Origin: the human T2T-CHM13v2.0 reference genome, Homo sapiens
NCBI RefSeq assembly: GCF_009914755.1
Contig: NC_060940.1
Reading direction: 5' to 3' (one strand)
DNA length: 64,000 bases
A program made the position numbers and the translations under genes. Below the pieces are notes generated by a model. It ran no database searches and was not told the origin of the DNA. It was given only the letters and a program-made list of their open reading frames with translations. Positions within the stretch are counted from its first letter, which is position 1; each line of letters opens with the position of its first letter. Below are positions 38,308 through 53,051 of this stretch, piece after piece.

Positions 38308-41004
38308 GTCTACTAAAAATTCACTGGAGCTATGAGAAATCTTAGCCCATGGAATCCAGTCTTCTCCTTTTGTTTCTGGGGAAGCTGAGGTTCAGAGAGA
38401 TGGGGTAGCTTGCTCATGTTATATAGGGAGCAAAGGACAGAGCTTGGACCAGAGCGCAGAGGTCATGATACCAAAGCCACGGCACCTTTGCCACAACGTG
38501 AGCAAGAAAGGATAGCCTTGTTATTTTTAATCCAAACTGAAGTTATGCTTTGGGCTTCCAGAATCTGGGTCAAAAAGAGTAGAAGTCAGGCTCAGATTGA
38601 CGCTTTTCAAGAGAGAGAAAAAAAAAGAAAAAAATCTTGCCTTTCCCTAGCTAGAGGTCAGATGTCAAAAAAGCTAATAACACAACCCAAGGATGTCATC
38701 GACAAATGAAAAAACTGGTGCGATGCGGGAACAAAAGCTATTTTATCATTAATATGCCGCTTTTTTGTTATGTACTCATGCCCCAGAAATTATTGTACAG
38801 CCTGTACTTGAGTCCTTAGACAGAAAGCATCTTATCATTCACAAGCTTAGCTATGCAATATATTCCTCCCTCCCCCCAAGGTAGTTGTTGTTGGGTTTGT
38901 TTTTTTTTTTTTTAAGAGATTTACAGTGATCTTTCCATATAGGTTTTTCTCGAAACATATATATTTTTAATTTCTCACCATCTCAGGGGTAAATAAATAT
39001 ATTAAAATAAGCTATGGGATGTACAGCAGAGTATAACAATGATAAATGATGTTGTGTGTAATTTTTCTACTATTAACATAAAGTAATATAAACTGAAGGA
39101 CACTGGTCTATTGAGAGACTTAGAAGCTAATGTTCCATATCAGATGCGGCCAATGTCAGGACTGAATACAGATTAGGCAGTGTCCTTTTCTCCCCAGGGG
39201 AATTAAAGTTTGAGACACCACTTGCTGCCAGTGGTTTTATGGCATTTTGTTGGGGCCGGTGGTGCCTTTCTTGGTCTATTAATTCAGGAGCCGTAAACAA
39301 CAATGTGAGCAAAATGCTTTTCCGGTGGGATGCATTTCATTTATATGTGCTTGTATCGTCTATACCTTGTCAATCCATTTTGTCACAATAAGTGTTTTTA
39401 AATTGTGTAGATTACCTCCACTTCATTATGGTTCCTGGCATTTGTGTCTTATGCAAGGCTATTATGTGAAGTTAGGAAATATTTAAAACTCTGCCTTTCT
39501 AAAGAAACAGGGACACGGTGCAGAAAAGTTCATCTGGAGTTAGGCTTGTGTCTTGCTGTCTCTTTAACGGAGAGTTCATGGGCAGGGTACAGTCTGTGAG
39601 AAGGAATGAAAACCCCAGGGTAGATGCTAACAAAAATCACTTTTAAAAAATGTATGGTGTCCATCTGGGTTAGCAAACACATGCTCACACGTCTGTGCTT
39701 GCTGGATTTTTAAGAACTTACCAGCATTTAAGATTTTCTTATGAAACTGATTTTACTCACCAGGGATAGAGTCTCAAAGTTGGAGGTATTTTATGTTGTT
39801 TTAAATAATATCGTCATCACATGTCATTTTAGACCCCAAAAGTCCACTCCGAATCTCTGCTTATGGAATTGAGGAGGGGTGAGGCTGTCAGAAGCCGAGG
39901 GACTTGGCCAAGGTCACATGGCTTTGGACGGCCCCCCTGAACCTTGGAGCTCATGTTCTGTGGCACTTTGCATACTGACCTTTCTGCTCTTTTATGCTGC
40001 CTGCTCTCTAATATTGTCCAAAAACCTTCTCTAAAGAAAGTACACAAATGGAGAGAGGGGGAATTGGACATGCCATTGGGAGAACAAATTTATTTAGATA
40101 TCTTTGGCTGTGTTGACAGAAGCTGCCCAATTATACCCAATATACAAATTTTAAATGCATATTAGTCAAAGTTCCAGTTATGTAGCTTTAGAAAAATTTC
40201 TATGTGAATGACTACTTTTCCCTGAAATACGTCCTCCATCTCAGGCACTAGTTAGGAACTTCCCCCGCGTCTGGCATTGCAGGTCTGAGGTTCCGATGAA
40301 CTCTTTTTTCTCTCCTTCCCCATTAAAATGGGCAGAAGGGAAGGAACACTTGGGTTTCATCAAGCACATTGTTATCCTTCGGGTTGGCTCTGAGATGATA
40401 CGTTTGTCACGGTTCATAAATTTTATCTTTGCACTAAAAACAGGGTTAGAATATCTTCAATGCAATTATAAAAATGTATTAAAACTGAGAAGGAGAAAAA
40501 ATATGGCGGTAGATGCGATTTTAATGATTGTGTAAATGTTCATTGTTCCATGGCAAAAAAAAAAAGTCGAGCTTTTCAGCCACAGTATTTCAGACAAATG
40601 CCAGGGCCTGTTTTTCTGTAAATGTGTACCGTGTGCTTTTAACACAAAGACAAATATGTTGCTTTAAAATTCCGCTTGGAATAGAGTGACCAGCTGTCGT
40701 TATATAATATCTGCAGGCTATGATTGTGTAGGTGCCTGTAGTCACTGGCTATGAAAATGGCCCCAAATAAAGTGGTATCCACACTTCTTCTTTCTCCTAC
40801 GAATTTGGAGGTCTAGGAACGGGGGTAAGCCTATATGGTCATAATTAGCCTGCAAACGTGAATTAATATGCAGAATCTGTCCCCACTGTGATAGAATTTG
40901 CCATTCGCTTCCTTTGCTAAATGGCTTGCAGTGGCAGCTGACGGCCAAAGGGGAAGCTGAGAACAGCAAAGATTCAACTGAAAACATTTTAGGGGGTTCC
41001 TGAC

Positions 41005-41195
41005 TTCAGGCCTCTTTTCAGAATGAGGGAATTGTCTAAAATCCCAAATGCATTCTTAGCTAAGGTCAGTGTGTCTGGGTCTGTGTCAGGCATGTAGCAG
41101 CCACAGCAAACTTCTCTTGAGATAGCATCTCCTCCCCAGCACTCACTTGACAGATTGTGGTCAGTCAACACTCAGTCTGATAGTTTAGAAAGCTT
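41005..41195. mobile_element. MER5B-like fragment
   Basis: ttcagaatgaggggaattgtctaaaatcccaaatgc...gtttagaaagc. Confidence 0.45.
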
Positions 41196-41361
41196 TTGCA
41201 AGGCATTCCCCAATATAACCATTAAGCATCAAACTCTCAAATGGAAGTTTCGAAAAACAGAAAAAAGTGAGCATAAATGCAAACTATCACCCCATGTAAT
41301 AGTTTATTTATTTCATGCTCCACTTTTCTGGGCAGTTTTGTTGTCATTCTCTCTCTACCTC

Positions 41362-41469
41362 TTTTTTTTTTTTTAAAGACAGAGTCTCACTCTGTTGCCC
41401 AGGCTGGAGTGCAGTGGTGCAATCTTGGCTCACTGCAGCCTCCACCTCTGCCTCCCAGGTTCAAGTGAT
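41362..41469 (-). mobile_element. 5'-truncated Alu (right-arm fragment)
   Basis: T-tract plus gacagagtctcactctgttgcccaggctggagtgcag...ttcaagtgat. Confidence 0.9.
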
Positions 41470-41531
41470 ACTCATCTCAAGTGGTTTCTACCTCATTAAA
41501 ACAAACAAACAAACACCACTCACCATTTTTG

Positions 41532-41825
41532 TGGTGGGCATGGTGGCTCATGCCTGTAATCCCAGCTCTTTGGGAGGCCAACGCAGGTAGATCCCCTGAG
41601 GTTGGGAGTTTGAGACCACCCTGGCCAACATGGTGAAATCCCATCTCTACTAAAAATACAAAAATTAGCTGGGTGTGGTGGCATGTGCTATAATCCCAGC
41701 TACTCAGGAGGCTGAGGCAGGAAGGTCACTTGAACCCAGGAGGTAGAGGTTGCAGTAAGCTGATATCATGTCACCGCACTCCAACCTGGGTGACAAGGCT
41801 AGACCCTATCTCAAAAATAAACAAA
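41532..41825 (+). mobile_element. AluS
   Basis: Dimer. Confidence 0.93.
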
Positions 41826-42925
41826 CCCTTGCTATTTTAGCTTCCGATGAGGATATTTATCCTTCTAGCATTTGAATGCAGCCAAAGTCCTTACTGGGCA
41901 AATTTTTGAGCTCTCACCCCACATTAACAATTTCTCTCCTTAACTTTGTTTCTGAATGAAGTTATCCACAGAGTTTTAAAGTGAGTGGTGAGTTGTGGAT
42001 ACCTCTTCCGAGCAGGTGCACCCCCATCCTGCCATTGTCCCTCTCCTTAGTGTATATGGATTGATGACATTTCAGTTTCAGACAAAGGGACATTTCATTT
42101 TTTTTAGGAGATTAAAGCTGTGTAAGATATACAATTTAAACTGAATGTTGATATTTTATAGATTGTTGAGTCCGATTGTCCTGATCTAAAATTAACTGGT
42201 TTTGTGATTTGGTGTAAATCGCTTAACCTCTTTCAATGTTTTTTCAGCAAAATGGGGTAAGAACAGAATCTGCCTTGCAGAGAATTAACCGAGATGATGT
42301 GTGGAAAGGGCCTATCCCAGAGGCTGGTGTACCATGGTGGCTTCTCCTGGCTCTGCTGGTTATTATTATTAGCATTATTGTCATTGTGAAAGTGACAAGG
42401 AATGTGCCTGTGCGTGAATCTCACTCTTAGATCAGACGTGCTTTTGAAATATCCAGATATATACAACACAAAGAGCGAAGTTTGTTTTATATTTTGTTTG
42501 TTTAGGTTTTTTTTTTTTTTTTTTTTGGCTGGTGTTTACTGAATGCGTGCAAGGCTTTCTGTCACAGGCTCTGTGTTAAGATATTTAACGGGTGTTTCAT
42601 TTTCCCAGCAATGCTATAGGACACAGAAAGGAACATAAATTGTTACAGAGAGAAAGAGGGTAGGTCTGTGAATGGAATTGAACAGGTAGGTTGAACAAGA
42701 TAAATGCCGAGGAAGCAAGTGTATTTAAATAAACAGTAGTTTATGGAAGGCTTTGGAAATCCACTATATTAATCTGGAATTTTATGAAATTTTACCAGAA
42801 CTTAAATTATTAATAGTTGAGGACAAAGACCAACCATTTTCCCCAAAACTTAGTCACTAGTTTTGTCCTTAACAACTAATTAATAAATATTTGTGAATAT
42901 AGTGAGTGACTAAAGTAATGCATTA

Positions 42926-43298
<373 letters not shown>

Positions 43299-43757
43299 TC
43301 ATCACCAGGCCTGCCATGGAATTCATGGTGCCTTGTACTGTGGCCAGTAGGTGCAAGAGTATCTAGTAGGTGCTTTATTTTTAAAAAATGTCTTGGAATC
43401 AGTCATAGTTTAATATCAATTATATATAAATTAGTCTTGCAGGATCCAACAGTTCTGATTTATTCCACTCACACAACAAGTCAGTTCTTAACACAAACCA
43501 CATAGGTTCTTCCTTAAATAAAAAGCTGTGGCTATGAAGAAGTGAGAGTTTTTTTTTTTTTCCTCTCCAAACCACCACGTGCTCTTGTGTGTTATTGTAG
43601 TGGCTTCGCAGAGTATTTATTTGGCCAGAAAGTCTATAGTCAAATTGCTCTTCATTCTCAAGTGTAGTATTTATTTCTCCAGCTCATGCAGAATTCTGTT
43701 TTATATGGAGGTTTTAAATTTGTGCAGAAAAGTATTACGTGGGTTTCAAAGGTACTC

Positions 43758-44064
43758 TTTTTTCTTTTTTGAGACAGGGTCTCGCTGTGTTGCCCATGCT
43801 GGAGTGCAGTGGTGCGATCACAGCTTTCTGCAGCATTGACCTTGTGGGCTCAAGCAATCCTCCTGCCTCAGCCTCCCAAGTAGCTTAGAACCACAGGCAT
43901 ATACCACCATACCTGGACATGTTTTTAACTTTAATTTTTATTTTTGTAGAGATGAGGTCTCCCTATGTTGCCCAGGTTGCTCTCAAACTCCTAGGCTCAA
44001 GCAGTCTTCCCACCCTGGCCTCCCAAAGTGCAGGCATTTTAGGCATGACCCATCGTGTCCAGCC
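43758..44064 (-). mobile_element. AluJ
   Basis: Dimer. Confidence 0.93.
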
Positions 44065-45570
44065 TAAATGGCATTCTTGGAAGTAAAACCACAGGGGATC
44101 TGTTGGAAGTGGCATGATGGAGGAATTTTAAAAGAATTGAACAAATAAAATAGTCAGAGCTCAAAAATTGAGTACTGCTTCGTTTCTCCCAAATAACCAT
44201 CACCAGACAAACAGGTGTGTGTGTGGGTGGGGGAGGTGGCCTGGTGGTACTTCATGATCTTGGAAGAAGGAAGGCGCCCCTCCTTCTTAGCTGATTGATG
44301 ATGAGATAGAAAGATAGAAACAGCCCCATCACTATGAGATGGAAACCCTTCTTTCCTTCAGCTGACTTCCCTCTCCTTCATTCCCAACCAAGTTTGACCC
44401 CGCCGCAGTGGAGATTGTGGCAGATGGGTCAGATAGCATGTGTCCTGTCGCTGTCACAAGTTTTTAATAAGGGCTGGGGGTCCTCTTGAAGAGCCCAGGA
44501 ACTGCAGTCCCTCCTCTATGCCTTCCCCTGAACACAGTGCGCCCTCACTAATAAATTCTGAGGGCTGACACTGCCTGAGCCGGCTGGTCTTTGCCCTCAA
44601 TTTCATTGAGATGGGCCATTGAAAACTCATTACAAGCTGTTTAGACTCTGACTTTGACTTTTGCTCGGCAGCGAACAAAATTAACAGCTCTTGGAGGTAG
44701 GAAAAAAGGCGCTCAGCCAAATTAAAAAAAAAAAAAAGAAAGAAAGAATTGAAATGATGAGAAAAGACTTTTAATATTAACTCCATTAGTCATGCAAACA
44801 AGCGCACATGCGAAGCGCATATGTTCTGCGTGTGGCTCTCATTTGGAGCCTGATGAGAACTGTGGTTTCTCCCACTGGAGGGAAATTCATACCCAGGTCT
44901 TACACGTAGCTCAAAATGTTTTACATGTCAAGCAATGAGCCTTTGAGTGTAGCAGAATTGCTTCATAAATTTAACTATCACTTTCAAATTTCTGTTTTTT
45001 TTCTAATTTAGTGCTTGATAGTTTTTTATGTGATAATTTTAAAATGCTGTTTGTAGCAAAAGTTACCTTGATAGTTCAGGTGTGCAGAGAAAATTCACAG
45101 CCATCAATAGAAAAGAAAAAAAAATCCTGTTTATACCTTAGGCATTCTGTGATCCTTAGGATGTAGCCATGACAGTATTACGGGTTTTAAAAGCCACCCA
45201 AGTAATCTAAATTTCCTCCAAACTAACAATTCCTGAAAGATTGAAATATTGCTACCAATGTGTACGGATGGTTTCCATTGATATTTGGGAAGTTTCCATT
45301 TGTATTTGGGAAGCTTTGCATGAGCAAAATGCCCCTTTCTCCTGATATTTGCAACCCATCTTAAAAATAAAAGTACTTTTCTGCATGTGGTCTTGTACAT
45401 GAAATTAAGAATATCACTACCAAAATATCAAAATTTAAGGACTAGATTGTGAAATGTTTAAGGTAGGCAAAGAATATTTAACCAAGAAAGGAAAAGTGTA
45501 TTTGAGAGAGACCTGATGAGTTCACCACTGCCTCTGGAGAATCAAATCCAAAACAGCATATATATGTATA

Positions 45571-45889
45571 TTTTTTAGAGACGGAGTCTCACCCTGTCGC
45601 CCAGGCTCGAGTGCAGTGGCGCCATCTCAGGATCTCGGCTCACTGCAAGCTCCGCCTCCCGGGTTCATGCCATTCTCCTGTCTCAGCCTCCGGAGTAGCT
45701 GGGACTACAGGCACCCGCCACCTCGCCTGGCTAATTTTTTTTTTTGTATTGTTTGTATTTTTCATGTTTTTCGTAGAGTCAGGGTTTCACAGTGTTATGC
45801 AGGATGGTCTCGATCTCCTGACATCGTGATCCGCCCGCCTCAGCCTCCCAAAGTGCTGGGATTACAGGCGTGAGCTGACGCTCCCGGCC
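45571..45889 (-). mobile_element. AluY
   Basis: Y diagnostics ctgcaagctccgcctcccgggttcatgccattctcc and aggatggtctcgatctcc; TSD acagcata. Confidence 0.93.
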
Positions 45890-46632
45890 TACAGCATAGA
45901 TTTGAGGCATCTTGAAGGTAGATGCAGAAGAGTGGGATCTACTTTGGATTTTTAGATTAATCACTGTTAAGACTTAAACAGCTTCTTATTTGGGTGAAAC
46001 ATGGGAGTGTCAAAAATAAGTCACTGTCACTCTTTGCCAACTTCCTTTAACTCTTTATACGGCTATATCTCCATAGATATCCAGTTTTTGTTTTGTTTTT
46101 GTTTCTGTTTTCAGTTCCTCTCCAAACTGTCAAGGACAGTGCCAAGATCTGCGAATATAGAAAGATTAAGAGTTTTTTTCTGCCTTGTTGGGTCTTCTTT
46201 CTAGCATGCCAGCAACATTTTTCTCATCTTTTGAACATTAGGGAATAACACCCAATGCCACCCTATAATCTCGAGACAGAAGTGGAGGATCCTCTTAAGA
46301 CAAGAAATCTTTCAAAGCCAAATAATGAATTAATCCAAAGCCACTTGAGGCTCTAGATAGATCTTAGCAGTCAAAGCAATAAATATATAATCCCATAAAT
46401 CTAAACTTTGTGGTATATTCATTAGGCTGTCTGTTTTCTTTTCTTTCAAATGTTTCACTTAATTCCCTGATATAATAAGGCTTCCAAATTCTTGGTGTTT
46501 TTCTACAACCAAGACCTTGAACTTTTTCCTCTCAGGATTTCTTTCATGAGAACCCATTTTCTGGCCATTTGGATATCATTGATGAGGGAATTGAAGCATT
46601 TCCCTATTCTTTAGAGTTTCATTAAAGTTTGA

Positions 46633-47168
46633 CTATATTCCAGTAACAATTGTTGCATAACAAACCACCCCCAAATTTAGTGGCTTAAAACAACAACATT
46701 TATTTTGTTCAGGAATCTGTAGTTTCAGCAGGGCTCTCAGGAACAGCTTGTCTCTGCTCCAGCATCAGCTGAAGCAGCTTGAAAGCCAGGGTCTGAGATC
46801 ATCTGAAGGTTGTTCACTCATGAGTCTGAGGAATGATGCTGACTGGTGGGTGGGACCCTTGCTGGAGGGTCTATTGGCTGGAACACCTACACATTGTCTC
46901 CATGTACCCTGAGCTTCCTCACAATATGGCGGCTGGGTTCCAAGGGTGAGCGTCCCAAGAGAAAGAACCAAGCAGATGCTGCATTGCCTTTTATGGCCTT
47001 CCATAGAAGTTACATAGCCCTAGGTTTTCCTGCATTCTATTTTTTAGGCTGTCAGACCCACCCCAACCAGGTTTGCAGTGAGAGGAAATAGACCCCACCT
47101 CTTCTGGAAGAGAATGTGGGACTGGACATACTGCCATGGCCACTTTTGAAAGATACAGTCTGCCACAT
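46633..47168 (-). mobile_element. MLT1 (F/G-like) solo LTR
   Basis: gcataacaaaccacccccaaatttagtggcttaaaacaacaac...aagatacagtctgccaca. Confidence 0.8.
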
Positions 47169-47199
47169 AAGCAAACAGTTCGTGTCCTGCAGTGGGATA

Positions 47200-47420
47200 T
47201 TGGGAAAAGAATGGTATTTGGCAAGGGGTCAGGAAACCTGCTTTTGAATCCTACCTCTGCCTCTTACTAGCCACATGACTGGGTCTTAGCATGCTCATCT
47301 ATGAAATGGGGGACACTAATGCTGACCCCACATTTGTGCTGAGGATTATGCAAATAAAATCTGTAATTTGTGCAAGCATCCACCAAGTGCCTGGTGCAGA
47401 CTGGATGCTCAATAAGTCTT
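47200..47420 (+). mobile_element. MIR
   Basis: ctcatctatgaaatggggg...gtgcctggtgcaga...ctcaataa. Confidence 0.7.
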
Positions 47421-48061
47421 TGGTGGGTCCATGTATTGAATTGGAATCTGCACATTATGGCCATTATTTAGGTTTATTGTGTCCTAATCTATGTCACTGA
47501 GTACATCCTTGCTGTTTTTCATGAATTTTCCACTGAGTCGCAACATGCCACTGGCCAGTGAAGGTCAGGCAGGAAACAGATTAACAACATCTCATACCAC
47601 AATGTCAAAATACTTAAAAGTGTTTACAGATGCCAGTGACACCCAGTGAATCTAAAACAAGAGGACCAGAGCAGAAGTAAAACTATTCTTGTTCTTCTAA
47701 GCTTGAACACAGGCCTTGATGTTTTATGATTGTTTTAAGGTCCATTAATCGCTGAATCATGAGGCCATGTAAAAAAATGACAGCTATAACATCAAGGGCC
47801 CGGGTTTATTTTAAATGTTTTTGCTTCTACATGGATTCTAATTAACGACAGTGGCTAAAACCTGATTCAAATGTGGCAAATGTGGAGTGCCATGGGATGA
47901 AGCCAGTCAATTTCATCTAGGAGCATTTTATGGCTTATGGAAAGAAATATTCTCTTAGATTGAAGGGCGCCAGCCTGTAATGGGCATCAGCTGATTCTCA
48001 GAAAGAAGAAACAACGTACTGTTACATAATTGGGGCTTCTCCAAAGTGGCCTGACCAAACT

Positions 48062-48265
48062 GTAGAGCTGCTTGTTTGTCTGATACGGTAGCCATTAGCC
48101 ACATGTGGCTATTTAAACTGAAATGAATTAAAGTTGTATAACATTTGTAAAAATCACTTCTTCGGTTTCATTAACTAGCCTCATTTCAAGTGCTCAGTAG
48201 CTACATGTACCTAACACATTGGACAGCACGGTTACAGAACGTTTTCATTTCATCGGACAGTTTAA
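48062..48265. mobile_element. MER3-like hAT element
   Basis: ggtagccattagccacatgtggctatttaaa...tttcaagtgctcagtagctacatgt. Confidence 0.8.
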
Positions 48266-49331
48266 CTGCTTTGGAGACTGGTTCTCCTTTTTCTTTTTCC
48301 ATGTTCACTCCAGAATTAAAGTCAACCAGTTCAAATGTCCCATCTTTCCCCACAGACATTTGTGCTCAAAGGCATCCCCTTCCCCATTTGGAGACTCTCC
48401 TAGGGCCTAGGCCCAAGCAACCAGGACTCCCTGTAGTCAACCCCACTCCTCAATTTTTGGCACCCATGTTATTCCACCTCAAGATCATGTCCTCTTTTAA
48501 CCTCTCTGAATATGCTCCTCCTGTGATACCCATAGGGACCCTGAACCTCTAGTCCTCAAGAGCAGTCATTCACCCCTTTGGACTATGGATCCCTTTGCAA
48601 CCCAGGAACAACTACTGTATGGCCACTTCAAACCTGTATATGCTGCAAGTATTTTATACTAGGTAGGGTAAATAATAGGTCTTAGATATAGGTGCAAATA
48701 ATTTTCAAATATGGGTAAATGCTATTGGGATGTGTAAAGTAGAAATCCATTTTAAAGCGTTATTGAATCCATACTAACCTGATCATTACATATTTACTAA
48801 TTGATGATTACTAAAAATGTGGACCTTTGTGAATTTCCGATGTCATAGAAGGGTGTTCTTAACTGGAAAAGTCAGTAGCCAACATTCTGGGAAGTAGAGG
48901 CCTCTTCCTCACTGCTTCATTGGTTTAAAATAAACTCCAACAGAAAAACATGCCATCATCTTTAATTTCCTGCATCAGCTAAGCATTTATTTCATGTAGT
49001 CCTCACACTAGATTGAGTGGTTCCATATTAATATCCTACGTCAAAGATGAGTAAATTGAGATGCGTAGGTTCTAATTTGCCCAGTGTCGTGGTGTGTGAT
49101 CTTGACCACTAGCCTAAACTGCTATTTTATGTCCACCCATCAACCTCTACGGCTGCCCCTCATTTGAACACACAAAATATAGTTGTGCGGCTTGGTGGAG
49201 CCATCTAAATTCCGTTAGGCCATTTGCCAATGCTGCTATTAGGGGCGAAATGTCATGCGCTTGATCTAAATGTACTTAGGAGAATTCTCAGGACCTGATG
49301 AATTATTATTCGGAATTTTATGGCCTCACAG

Positions 49332-49569
49332 GTTGCAGGCTTCATACCAACTGCAGCTAATGAGCTATGGGCCCCGAGAAACACTGAGGACACACGGCGT
49401 TCTGCACACAGAGTGGGCTGTTTCTGTCTGTTCTCCCCCTGCACCCTTCTCAGATGCAATCTCAAGTCATAGGAGAACTTGTGCAAATGTTTCTCCTGGA
49501 TGGTTTCCTTTAGAGCATGTGTCCTATAACTTGAAATGGTTGTCTGAGCAGAATGTTTTTAGAAGTTAG
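49332..49569 (+). other. Candidate alternative terminal exon (78 codons to stop after a phase-2 acceptor)
   Basis: ggcctcacAG|GTTGCAG acceptor with weak pyrimidine tract; open frame LQASYQ...NVFRS*; unique sequence; ATTAAA at 49773. Confidence 0.3.
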
Positions 49570-51653
49570 ATTTTTTTAGGGGGGAAACAGGAACCAAAGC
49601 AAAGCCAATAGAGATCTTGAAAAAAAAAAAAAAAAAGAAAAAACCACCGTGGTATTCTAGGAAGAAAAAAGCATTTTTCGAATGAAAACTTTTTATTATA
49701 TTTGATATATTCTGCTTCCCTTCCCTAGTATGTATTAATGAGATGAAATCACTTCTTAATTTTCAGGTTAATATTAAAGTTGAAGCCCATCCCTCTACCC
49801 TGAGGACTCTGCCAGCCTCTGGCAGTATTCCTTTCCAACTTCCACTTGCCCCAAATAGGTAGAAGTTAGCCTTTATTTTTGGTGTCATGTCTTCTTTCCC
49901 TCCTCCTATCAGTTTTTCAGAAACTCCAGAAATTTAACCTAGTACACAGGGGCCCCCCACCCCTGTTTCCAGATGCCTTCTAGAAAGAGGACTGGGAGTG
50001 TGAATGAGGCCATGTGGGCTTTGTTTGACCCTGTGGTTGTCATGACAATTTCTCAAAGCTTAGCTGGGACAGGAAGAAGGAAGGGGAGGATAGCGGTGTG
50101 TTCAGTGTGTGAGCTCCTAAAAGCTCTTGGGTCACTGTTCCCAGGGGATGATGACCCTCTATGGCAGATCAGTTGCATGTGCATATGAGCTTTCCCTCCT
50201 CCCGTGGGTTAGCATGTTCCACACTCACCTTCTCAAAGCAAAGTCTCCCTTAGGGGACCCTTGGTATCCTGTTCATCTGGCAAATCTCAGCACCAATAGA
50301 AACACCAAGAACATGGATTCATCAAAGGAAAAATGTTGAAGTTTCCATTTTTATGCTTCCTGGTAATCCTTCAGCCCTTGATGGAAATTTCCAGACCTAA
50401 ACCAGTGAATTAAGAGTATGGGGAAGAGGAGCCCTCATACAGTTCTGTTAAATGGTCCTTTAATATTCTTCTTCAGAGTGACGGGTACCCCTTGCCTATA
50501 CATTTTCAAAACTACACTGAAAATTTCAAAACATTTCTATCAGAACACAGTCTTATTCTCAGCTGATCTGCAATTTCCACCTGGATCTGTTAAATGGCAG
50601 CTTAGCTATGAAATATCATGTTCTGCCCAATCACCTACCCTGCCTCATATGATCAGCCGGTATATTTATGTGGACACATGCAGCCACACTTGTTTTTAAC
50701 ATTTGAGAATGACAGCGTATTGGCAGTTCATATAAGCTATCAAATATTACATGTCAACTCAGAAAACATCCCTAGGAAGTATTATGGGAACCCCCTGTAT
50801 CACTTGAGATTCTTGGATCCATATTTGCTGTTAACAAAATAAATTAATAGTCAACAACTGATTAAAGCATTTCCCTGCTACCATGATTGCCTTGACAAAT
50901 TCTGCAGTGCTGGAGTATTTTACCTCCCATTATTTCTTCCGCTGAACAGGACGTTTGGTTCTAATTGTTAAGCCTGCCTAATGCTGATTGAAGCGGGCCA
51001 TAGTATCAAGGGTGGAAGAAGGTGGGAATATAAACTAGATTTGCTCCCTTCTGTAGGAATAACTCTATGAAGACTTTCTTTTTGGAGACAAATCATCTTA
51101 TGCAGGGGGGAAAAAAAACTCCCTAAAAAAGACAAATGACAGCGCAAGATCCAAAAAGACAAGTGCTCAGTCATTTTGTCATAATGCCAGAAGAGACAGT
51201 AATGCTGTGTGGACTATGCATTCAGACATTTAGAAAATATTGCAGGCAGAGCTGGGGATTCCGTGGCCAGAGCATATTTGGTGAACCGAGGACGCATCAA
51301 AGAGCTTCTCTGGTGTTCAGTAACTTGCACTGTATTTCAGAGGTTTATAAAGGGAAGGGACAGGAAAGCAGTGTGCCAGTAAGACAACTCCTCTTCTCGT
51401 CTGGATTTTAGAGGAATGCAGTGAACAAATGATGAAAAAGTCTGAAGGGACTTTGGTAATTCAGTATCCGAAAAACAATCAGTGTTTTGTGACATTCTTA
51501 GTTGTGATCTACCTTATGTTGTATACACATGGTCACTCACATACATAGGTATATTATTCTGCAATTGCTGAGTAATTGATGATCCTTCATTCTCTCTGTG
51601 ATTCATAGGCTCTCTGGGTTGGATAAATCACTTCGGGGAATTATATCTACTAG

Positions 51654-52152
<499 letters not shown>

Positions 52153-52745
52153 TTGGTCAAGTTACTTAAGCTTGGTAAGCCTCTCTCTTCTTACTGAGTC
52201 ATGAGGATAATAAGATATACCTGTTAGGGTTCTTTTGAGGAATAAATGGAATTTTTAAAGAATTGTGCCAGACATGTAATAATTACTTGATAAACTATAG
52301 CTATTATAACACCATCAAAGCTGTGGTTCTTACCCTCATCATTGTTTACCCTCTCACACAGTAAGATCTTTCTGAAAAGGATCAAGTCTCATTCTCTTTT
52401 GAACCCCAAAGTCCCCAGCCACCACAGAGACCAAATACAGTAGGTACCAATGCATGGCAATGCATAGGAACTAGGTGTCCTAACTTGGCACTGTATCTGC
52501 CAATTTTTTAAAAGACAAGATGACATCCCAAAGATTGGGGCATATTTAGGATAATGCCCCATTCTGTGAGGGTGGACATTATAGAGGACATCAGCAGCCA
52601 GCCACAGGCCATCTCTTGGTGCCATTGGGTTTTGAGACCCTCAGGGTGACACCGATTTAACATGACAGGTCTTATGTTCTTGGGTAATGTCAAACAACTT
52701 CTTGAAAATATTTGTTAAAAAAAACCCAAAAACAGAAACATATCT

Positions 52746-53051
<306 letters not shown>

